Shown here: positions 1-6,510 of the stretch, piece after piece
Numbering within the stretch: position 1 is the first letter of the stretch
Layout: each line of letters starts with the position of its first letter
Origin: an uncultured archaeon
GTDB taxonomy: Archaea > Asgardarchaeota > Lokiarchaeia > Sigyniarchaeales > SOKP01
Reading direction: 5' to 3'
DNA: 11,241 bases
NCBI GenBank assembly: GCA_964388035.1
Contig: CAYLZE010000141.1
Span: 1-11,241, forward strand
Translations under genes and position numbers: made by a program
Notes under the pieces: model-generated
Seen by the model: the letters and a program-made list of their open reading frames with translations, nothing else
What the model was told of the DNA's origin: nothing
Database searches by the model: none

Positions 1-145
1 TATTATCCCGCCACCAATCAATCATCTCTGGTGTAACTGCTGGAAGGTAATGATCAACTACTAAATCTATAGCTTTACCCTTCGACCTTTTAAAGGTTTG
101 GTCCATTAGTTCATTTGATTTAAATTCTTTAGTATTTTTAGACAC
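1..145 (-). CDS. 5' part of a putative PhlG/DAPG-hydrolase (phloretin hydrolase-like) family protein; continues beyond the left edge
   Basis: Manual translation from GTG at 145: MSKNTKEFKSNELMDQTFKRSKGKAIDLVVDHYLPAVTPEMIDWWRDN..., open to the window edge, with GGAGG SD at 156-160. 'PAVTPEMIDWW' matches the recalled PhlG-family motif PGVTPxMxDWWF. Only 48 codons are visible. Confidence 0.6.
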   Translation of the reverse strand, partial: MSKNTKEFKSNELMDQTFKRSKGKAIDLVVDHYLPAVTPEMIDWWRDN

Positions 146-210
146 GTATTTAAAGCCTCCTTTTATTCATCTTCCCTTGACCACGTTCCTAAAATATTAT
201 TTATCAATAA

Positions 211-246
211 CATCATTAATGATGGTAATATAGGAGCATTGCTCCT
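211..246. promoter_or_regulatory. Two adjacent perfect palindromes upstream of the PhlG-like gene (candidate operators)
   Basis: CATCATTAATGATG (211-224, 14-bp perfect palindrome) and AGGAGCA-T-TGCTCCT (232-246, 7-bp arms). Confidence 0.4.
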
Positions 247-379
247 TTTAAAAATTCCTTCTTTTGATTAACAAGATTTGGACAAATTTTCAAATTACTC
301 ATTTATAAATTTATTAATATCGGCTAATAATTTATCTTGAGACTCCAGTGGTCCCAGTATTGTCTTATAATATATTTGG

Positions 380-1315
380 CTAAAAATATTCTACTTTTAA
401 TACTATTCGAAGCATCTCTGATATCATTTTAGCGCGTATTGCCCATATAAAAAAGAATTTATTCTCAATTGGGAAAATGATGGAATCAAGAGCCTTTCTA
501 TATTCAGTGTCTTTTTCTGATTTTATTTTTACAATGAATGATGAAAAAGTTTTACTTTCAATGGATAATTTGCTTTCAGTAATTCTAACATTATGTAGTT
601 TGAATTCATCTTGAAATCTCTCTTTTATTATTCTCTTTATTTGGATCACTACATAATTTAATTCAGTATTGGAGAATGGCAATAATAATGGTTGTTCTTT
701 TGTCGTTTTCTTGTTTGTACTGGATGTTTCCTCTACAATATGATCAAATACATAGATATGAAATCCACCATAACCCTTAAATGGCCCAGCTTTAGGAGAA
801 TCGATATTATAACTATAAAAATCATATCCAAATACTTTCGACTTTTTTTCTACAAGTTGATATGAGATTTTCCATCCTGAATTTAATAAAGGGCTCACAT
901 AAGCCCGAATAAGTGGATCAATATCATCTAGTGTATATTCTTCTTTTTTTTCATATATTTTTTGCAAGCGATCCAGAAAGATTGAAGAAGTATTTCCAAA
1001 TGTTTCATAATCTTCCTTTTTTTTATTTAAAATTCTATTATATAGAGTAGATGGTTCTAATGCAATGAATATTTTTGCTTTATTCAAAGTTTTTGTCGAG
1101 CTTTTATTTATTACAAATCCCTTGATAAGTAATTTTTGTAGAATATGATAAATTGTAGTTCTCTCAATTTCTTTCAATTCTAGATTTAATATTCTAACTG
1201 TAGTTCCTTTTTGACCATATTGAATTAAAGTATAATATACATGTGATTCCTCTTTATTAAGACCTGTATTGCCTAAGGCTTTTAGAATTTCATCGTCAAT
1301 TTTCCTTTTAACCAT
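380..1315 (-). CDS. TrmB-like winged-HTH transcriptional regulator with an unrecognised C-terminal domain
   Basis: N-terminus 'LGNTGLNKEESHVYYTLI...IERTTIYHILQKLLIKGFV...IFIALEPSTL' fits the TrmB HTH pattern (GLxxxExxVYxxL...RxxxYxxLxxLxxKG...YxAxxP); 311 aa. Confidence 0.75.
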   Translation of the reverse strand: MVKRKIDDEILKALGNTGLNKEESHVYYTLIQYGQKGTTVRILNLELKEIERTTIYHILQKLLIKGFVINKSSTKTLNKAKIFIALEPSTLYNRILNKKKEDYETFGNTSSIFLDRLQKIYEKKEEYTLDDIDPLIRAYVSPLLNSGWKISYQLVEKKSKVFGYDFYSYNIDSPKAGPFKGYGGFHIYVFDHIVEETSSTNKKTTKEQPLLLPFSNTELNYVVIQIKRIIKERFQDEFKLHNVRITESKLSIESKTFSSFIVKIKSEKDTEYRKALDSIIFPIENKFFFIWAIRAKMISEMLRIVLKVEYF

Positions 1316-1431
1316 ATAATATTGATTAATTTCATAATATTTAAATTAGTGCACTTGTTCTGACACAATAACATTTTTATGTGTGAAATTATTCTGTCAC
1401 TTTAACACTTAATTTGTTTGAGGTCGAAAGA

Positions 1432-2538
1432 ATGTCAGAAAATTATAAATTATGGTATAAAGTAGCACGAAAGCTTATAAAGTCAGGAGGTTTCCCATTT
1501 CCAGTTACTGATTCATTGATCGAAATAATTAAAGAAATATATACAGAAGAGCATGCAAAGATTATCCTCTCGTTTAAAAAGCGCTCAATTAATTTAGATC
1601 AATTAATCGCCATATCAAAATTAGATAAACAAACAGTTCTTAAGTTAGTGGAGGAAATTATAAGAAATGGCGGAATGGTTGTAACACCAAGTAGAAGTAC
1701 GGGTATGATGGTTTATTATTTATTAGGTCCTGTTCCGGGTATTTTTGAAATGCAATTTATGAAAGGTGAATCTGGAGAAAAACAAAAGAAATTAGCTAAA
1801 TTATTTGAAACTTATTTTCAAGATATAGGAGAAGGGTACCAAAAAAATTATGAAAGTACTATGAAAATATTTAAGGAAACAACGCCACTATATAGAATCG
1901 TTCCGGTGGAAGAAATAGTGGATGTTCCAGAGGAAAAGATATTACCATTAGAAGCAGCTTCTCAAATAGTAGAAAAATTTGATGTTATATCAGTTGCGAA
2001 CTGCTATTGCCGACATCACAGAGCACTTTTAAATGATCCTTGCAAGATTGCAGCCCCAATAAAAAATTGCCTTTTTTTTGGAAGAACTGCTCAATTTCAT
2101 ATAGATTATAATTTTGCTGAGGAAATTTCTAAAAAGGAAGCAATAAGATTATTGAAAGAAGCAGAGGATATTGGACTTGTACACAGAACATTTCATTCAT
2201 ATCAAGATACCAAGAATGATGAATTTGCCATTTGTAATTGCTGTAAATGTTGTTGTGAAGTCTTTCACAGTCTATATGCTGGGAACATGCCAATGAAAGC
2301 ACTAACTTCTTATATAGTCTCATTGAATGAAGAATTATGTATAGGATGTGAGACATGTGTTGAAAAATGTCCAATGGAAGCTATAACCTGTTCTGATGAA
2401 CTTGCAATAATTGATGAAACAAGATGCATTGGTTGTGGAGTTTGTGCACACCATTGTCCGCAAGAAGCATTAGAATTAAAAAGAACTGGCTCAAGAGAAG
2501 TAATTACACTAATTCCCAGAATTGAGAAAGCGATTTAG
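1432..2538 (+). CDS. Cys-rich iron-sulfur protein with a C-terminal 2x[4Fe-4S] ferredoxin domain
   Basis: Two CxxCxxCxxxCP motifs (CIGCETCVEKCP, CIGCGVCAHHCP), plus CYC..C..C and CNCCKCCC motifs and an N-terminal wHTH-like region. ATG at 1432 preceded by GAGGT (1420-1424) is preferred over TTG at 1414. Confidence 0.88.
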   Translation: MSENYKLWYKVARKLIKSGGFPFPVTDSLIEIIKEIYTEEHAKIILSFKKRSINLDQLIAISKLDKQTVLKLVEEIIRNGGMVVTPSRSTGMMVYYLLGPVPGIFEMQFMKGESGEKQKKLAKLFETYFQDIGEGYQKNYESTMKIFKETTPLYRIVPVEEIVDVPEEKILPLEAASQIVEKFDVISVANCYCRHHRALLNDPCKIAAPIKNCLFFGRTAQFHIDYNFAEEISKKEAIRLLKEAEDIGLVHRTFHSYQDTKNDEFAICNCCKCCCEVFHSLYAGNMPMKALTSYIVSLNEELCIGCETCVEKCPMEAITCSDELAIIDETRCIGCGVCAHHCPQEALELKRTGSREVITLIPRIEKAI

Positions 2539-2769
2539 ATTTAGTATGAATAATTAATTATCTCCTTTTATTTATTTTACAATCAAGGTTCTTAATAAAA
2601 CACTACAAAAAAAGTTATTAATTTAATAGACTACTATCAAATATTTAAATAATTACGGAACTCTGGTTAAATTATAAATTAGAAATATGCTCATGATTAA
2701 ATAAATTTAAAAGAATAACTCTGCTGGAAAAATAATAAAATCGTTTGTTGCACTTGGTATTATATACAC

Positions 2770-3243
2770 TTATGATAAAAAAGCTAAAAAATCGGAAAGA
2801 AAAGTACTGGTCTCTTCTTTCCAATTATCCTGAAGAGCTACTTCTTTCCAAATCTCTCCATTTAGACCACCTGTATGAATCGGTAGGGATTTCTCCAATA
2901 TTTTTATTTGTGGAAAAGCATCCGAGATTCTGTTCTGAATAAGTTTACAAACATTATCTCCCGTATAGCAATTAAAAACTGCTGCTTTACGGATGCTTGA
3001 TTTTTCTCCTTGTTTTCCTAATTTTTTAATATATTTACCAAGGGTACGAGTTGGTTTCCCAAAATGAGTTGGACCCCCCACTAGCAATGCTTTAGGTTGA
3101 AATGCTAGTATTTCTGCAGGCTTGCTCCGTTTAGTTCCGAATAGACCAACATCATGACCTGCTGCTTGTATTTCATCTGCCATGAATTCTGCTAAGTATT
3201 TCGTATTACCAAACTTACTATCATACAAAATTGCAATTTTCAT
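2770..3243 (-). CDS. Flavodoxin / flavodoxin-domain protein
   Basis: MKIAILYDSKFGNTKYLAE (FMN phosphate-binding loop S-x-x-G-N-T) and GGPTHFG. Start at ATG 3243 with GAGGG upstream is preferred over 3279. Confidence 0.88.
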   Translation of the reverse strand: MKIAILYDSKFGNTKYLAEFMADEIQAAGHDVGLFGTKRSKPAEILAFQPKALLVGGPTHFGKPTRTLGKYIKKLGKQGEKSSIRKAAVFNCYTGDNVCKLIQNRISDAFPQIKILEKSLPIHTGGLNGEIWKEVALQDNWKEETSTFLSDFLAFLS

Positions 3244-3254
3244 TTCAATTCCCT

Positions 3255-3600
3255 CTATTTTGCCATAAAAAGTTCCCATATTTGTTCAGAAGGATTATAA
3301 ACCAACATTTTCTGAGCACAATTTCTAAATATAGTACTTTTTATTATTTTAATCTCCTATTCGTCAATATTAAAGATTTTTAAAAAATTTTTTGCAAATT
3401 CCCTATTCTTATTCCAACTCCAAAAATCACTTTACTAGCTTAGATTTATGTAGGGAATATTTCAATAGCTCTCTCATAAAATTTAATAAAAATTTTAAAG
3501 GGGAATGTTTGCCAATTTCTCTACCGCCTCTTAATATGGTTAATTTGGTGGAATTAAAAGGCGAGGAGTAATTTAAAATTCTTATAATTACAATTGACAA
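3255..3600 (-). pseudogene. Possible decayed gene remnant (resembles the C-terminal half of an amidohydrolase_2-family protein)
   Basis: Protein-like fragments in shifting frames: NYKNFKLLLA / PY*EAVEKLANIP / FKIFIKFYERAIEIFPT*I*ASKVIFG / WNKNREFAKNFLKIFNIDE*EIKIIKSTIFRNCAQKMLVYNPSEQIWELFMAK*. The last TAG (3255-3257) abuts the flavodoxin SD. Family assignment is by eye only. Confidence 0.3.
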
Positions 3601-3717
3601 AAAATACATTCACGAGTGATTTAAAATTAAAAGTAAGGAAAATTAATAGTTAGAATTCATGTTCTCGTTTTCAAGGTTTAAAATAAATCCAATTTTTATT
3701 TTTAAATCAAACTCTTG

Positions 3718-4356
3718 CTAATTCCATTTTTTTGTTACTAACCAAAAATCTTGGAAGAGAATCATATATAATGTTACTATAACAGAGCCTATGATAAAGA
3801 AGATTGAACTGATTAGCCACAGCATGGTGGGCACTAAAAAGAACAGAGCTCGAACTCCGATCATCCAATGATTTTGCGCTGATATCAAGGTTTTTTCAGT
3901 TACCTTAATACCTTGTATTTTCCCCATGGCATATTTTTGAGGATTTCCGCTGATTAGTAAGGATAACCGTGTGACAAATCTCAAGGACAAGATAAAGTTG
4001 AAGAGAGAGAAAATGATAATGAAAATGTTTACACTAACTTGAAGTAGAGAGATAGAAATATTTAGAAGAATTATCCCTCCATTATTAAATAAATCACTGG
4101 AGTAAAACCCCACGATAAGCCCGAGCAAGATGAAGAGAGCTGAGATAAAAGCAGAATTACCCATAATAAAATTTCTCAGCGCCTGAACGGCGGCAATGGG
4201 AGAATCGTCTTTCAGTCGTTCTTCCACCCAATGAGCATAAATTAAACGTACCGTATTTCTTTGAGAGGGCGTTTTTTTTCTAATATTTATAGTTAATAAA
4301 GAGATGTAGATTATAATACAAGAAATAAAGATGATTAGAGCAATTTCATCCAACAT
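3718..4356 (-). CDS. DUF599 family integral membrane protein
   Basis: Several hydrophobic segments, the motif 'W....AAVQALRNFIMGNSAFIS' (DUF599 AVQTLRNxxM), and 'WMIGVRALFFLVPTMLWL'. GTGAGG SD at 4365-4370. Confidence 0.85.
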   Translation of the reverse strand: MLDEIALIIFISCIIIYISLLTINIRKKTPSQRNTVRLIYAHWVEERLKDDSPIAAVQALRNFIMGNSAFISALFILLGLIVGFYSSDLFNNGGIILLNISISLLQVSVNIFIIIFSLFNFILSLRFVTRLSLLISGNPQKYAMGKIQGIKVTEKTLISAQNHWMIGVRALFFLVPTMLWLISSIFFIIGSVIVTLYMILFQDFWLVTKKWN

Positions 4357-4487
4357 TAAATTTTCCTCACTATTTTTTTGTTCATAGATATTAAGAGTTC
4401 TTTAAAAAGAAATCCATGTTCAAAACAAAATTAATAATTTTTATACTTTAAACTTTTGTTCCCATATATTAAAAATCTATGTTAATT

Positions 4488-4499
4488 AAAAAAAAAAAA
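4488..4499 (-). terminator. Archaeal oligo-T terminator candidate
   Basis: T12 run on the minus strand immediately after the TAA stop (4500-4502) of the secreted protein gene. Confidence 0.6.
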
Positions 4500-5270
4500 T
4501 TAGGAATAATGAAATTTATTCTTCAAAAGAAGGATTGTTCCAAGAAGAGAGAGCGCGAAGAACAAGGCAAAATAAATCAAGGGATACCCTGAAATTATAC
4601 TTTCCACGTGGTCAATTTCAAAAAGTACTTTACCTTCAGAATTTTCGATACTTATCCCCGCATACATGCCGATCCCTCCTATATAGGAATACGCAAATTG
4701 AACGGTCTGTTTTAGACCTAATGCGGTTCCAAATGCACTATCTTTATCAATAGTCCAAAAGACAGTTTGATCCTCTGGCACCAATCCGGTCCCCCATTGA
4801 ACTTCTAAGAGGTACTCCTTGATGGGAGTTGGAACCCATACTTTGGTCCAATAGTTCATGGTCCCCAAATCTTTTGGATTTTTAGGCATCCACGCTTCTT
4901 GATCCTTAACATCAGGTTGTTCGCTGAATTCCCCACTGGTGGGATTCCACTCATTATAAATTATGCTCCATCCTTCCTTTCCATTAAGTGGCTTCTCTAT
5001 CTTGCTAGTCACTACCGTCTTTTGCCTTTGCCCCACTTCTAATCCTTTGAAAAGCACATTATCCGCCCAATTATCTCCAAAGGCTTGCTGTAATCCCGTA
5101 GCATCAAGTTGCTTAACTTCTTTGACATATTCCTTGCCTAAATCGACGCTACAATAATATTCTTGAGCAAATACCAGAGAGAAGGGGAATAATAAAAATA
5201 GAATGCAAAATGCAAATAAAATTGCTCTTTTTTTCATGATTAGCTTCTCTATTTTTTGTTCATTCATCAT
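4500..5270 (-). CDS. Secreted/surface protein with signal peptide and Loki-CTERM-like C-terminal anchor
   Basis: Signal peptide MKKRAILFAFCILFLLFPFSLVFA-Q (alternative start ATG 5237). C-terminus ISGYPLIYFALFFALSLLGTILLLKNK is an I(P/S)GY motif + TM helix + basic tail. No catalytic motif recognised. Confidence 0.75.
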   Translation of the reverse strand: MMNEQKIEKLIMKKRAILFAFCILFLLFPFSLVFAQEYYCSVDLGKEYVKEVKQLDATGLQQAFGDNWADNVLFKGLEVGQRQKTVVTSKIEKPLNGKEGWSIIYNEWNPTSGEFSEQPDVKDQEAWMPKNPKDLGTMNYWTKVWVPTPIKEYLLEVQWGTGLVPEDQTVFWTIDKDSAFGTALGLKQTVQFAYSYIGGIGMYAGISIENSEGKVLFEIDHVESIISGYPLIYFALFFALSLLGTILLLKNKFHYS

Positions 5271-5330
5271 GATTCTATGATGAAGTTACCTAAATTATCT
5301 TAAAAATCATTTAAAAAACTGTGTTTTTTC
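5242..5330. repeat. Direct repeat copy 1 (promoter/start region of the surface-protein gene)
   Basis: Ungapped manual alignment with 7940-8028 (offset 2698): 76/89 identical, with a 26-nt exact run ATTATCTTAAAAATCATTTAAAAAAC (5294-5319 = 7992-8017). Confidence 0.93.
5263..5284. promoter_or_regulatory. Inverted repeat TTCATCAT-N6-ATGATGAA (candidate operator)
   Basis: Perfect 8-bp arms overlapping ATG 5270, lying just downstream (minus strand) of TATA-like TTTTTAAG/TTTTTAAA boxes. Copy 2 retains TTCAT-N12-ATGAA (7961-7982). Confidence 0.5.
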
Positions 5331-5440
5331 TTCAAGAATTCTGACATGTACAAATTTATCATTAATGAAATACACGGTTCCCACCTGTTATAAACTGCCT
5401 CATTTTCTTTTAACATGACATGATATTAACTAGCTATTGT

Positions 5441-6475
5441 TTAATGTTGTATTGCTGAAAAAAGAGCTTCAATATTTTGAGGAGGAATATCCGGTAATAT
5501 TGCTTCATGGCTGGGTGAGATAATTAATCCCGTTGGGAAAATCTCTTTTAATTCACCGACTTTTTCTTTAATTTGATTAGGGTTGCCAAATACTAATAAT
5601 TCTTGATGGTCTACTCCCCCACAAAATGAAATTTGATTCCCATAATGTGTTTTTAGTCTTTTAGCATCCATGTTTGTTGCTAATGCTTGAATGGGATGAA
5701 TAGCATCTATCCCTAATTCAATAAGTAGGGGAATTGCTTCAAATATCGACCCACAAGAATGATATATTACTTTTAATCCATATTTTTTAGCTTGATCCAC
5801 AAGTTTTTTTGTCCCGGGGATCGCAAATTTCTTTAACATTTCAGGCGAGAGCATTAGACCTTTCTGACCCCCAAAATCGTTTCCAATAAGTACCGCATCA
5901 AGCATTCCTCTTGTTGCTTCATAAAAGATTTTATTAGCCTTGAGATAAAATTTAATGATCTTATCATGAACAGCATTAACAATATCGGGATACTTATACA
6001 TTTTAACAAATGCATTCGTCATCCCAAATGCAGAATATAGATCTTGAAAGTGAGCTGACCACAAAATACCCATTATGGGAAAACCTTTTGGCGTATCCTC
6101 TATAATTCTCCAACATTCCTCGGGATCCATGTGATCTTCTGGATCTGGCCAATTAAATTTGTCAATATCATCATTAAGCGGATCATAATAATCTTCAAAA
6201 AAACCAGGAGCCGTTAAGGTTCTATTTTTCATGGTTTGCCCTTTTTTAGGAAAATCAAAGGCCATGGTGATATGATTGTTTGGAGGATCATGATATGGAA
6301 CATCTACTGTCCAAATATCATCATTAATTTTCAGCTTTAATTCTCTCAAACTTCTTTCTTTAAAATGGTTGAATAGTCCTTCAAGCGCTTCTGGAACGGG
6401 TAATCCTAACCAACAAGCAGGTCTATCTACCTCTTTTCTTTCAATTGTGGCGTAAAACCTTTCTATATGGTCCAA
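5441..6475 (-). CDS. Uroporphyrinogen decarboxylase-superfamily protein (MtaA/CmuA-like methyltransferase branch), probably not true HemE
   Basis: 'ERFYATIERKEVDRP' N-terminus, 'GNDFGGQKGLMLSPEMLKKF', 'YHSCG' (H-x-C Zn motif), 'GIDAIHPIQ', 'FCGGVD' and 'IISPSH'. TTG start with GGAGG SD at 6484-6488. Confidence 0.85.
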   Translation of the reverse strand: MDHIERFYATIERKEVDRPACWLGLPVPEALEGLFNHFKERSLRELKLKINDDIWTVDVPYHDPPNNHITMAFDFPKKGQTMKNRTLTAPGFFEDYYDPLNDDIDKFNWPDPEDHMDPEECWRIIEDTPKGFPIMGILWSAHFQDLYSAFGMTNAFVKMYKYPDIVNAVHDKIIKFYLKANKIFYEATRGMLDAVLIGNDFGGQKGLMLSPEMLKKFAIPGTKKLVDQAKKYGLKVIYHSCGSIFEAIPLLIELGIDAIHPIQALATNMDAKRLKTHYGNQISFCGGVDHQELLVFGNPNQIKEKVGELKEIFPTGLIISPSHEAILPDIPPQNIEALFSAIQH

Positions 6476-6510
6476 TTACGTTTCCTCCCATTTATTTTAA
6501 AGCTCATTTG

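Noticed and set aside
2129-2374. 81-aa minus-strand ORF
   Set aside because: Antisense shadow inside the Fe-S gene.
2745-2942. 65-aa plus-strand ORF
   Set aside because: Antisense to flavodoxin.
3427-3609. 60-aa minus-strand ORF
   Set aside because: No recognisable motif; other frames give more protein-like remnants.
4535-5157. Two short plus-strand ORFs (4535-4753, 4963-5157)
   Set aside because: Antisense shadows of the surface-protein gene.
5274-5312. Eukaryote-like SECIS pattern (ATGA-N10-AA...GA) on the minus strand
   Set aside because: The required stem does not pair, and all complete CDSs here end in TAA or TAG with no in-frame TGA candidate.
5277-5344. Possible C/D box sRNA (ATGATGA at 5277, CTGA at 5341)
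   Set aside because: No convincing internal D'/C' boxes, guides are extremely AT-rich, and copy 2 lacks a canonical C box and a downstream D box. The motif is better explained as one arm of the palindrome.
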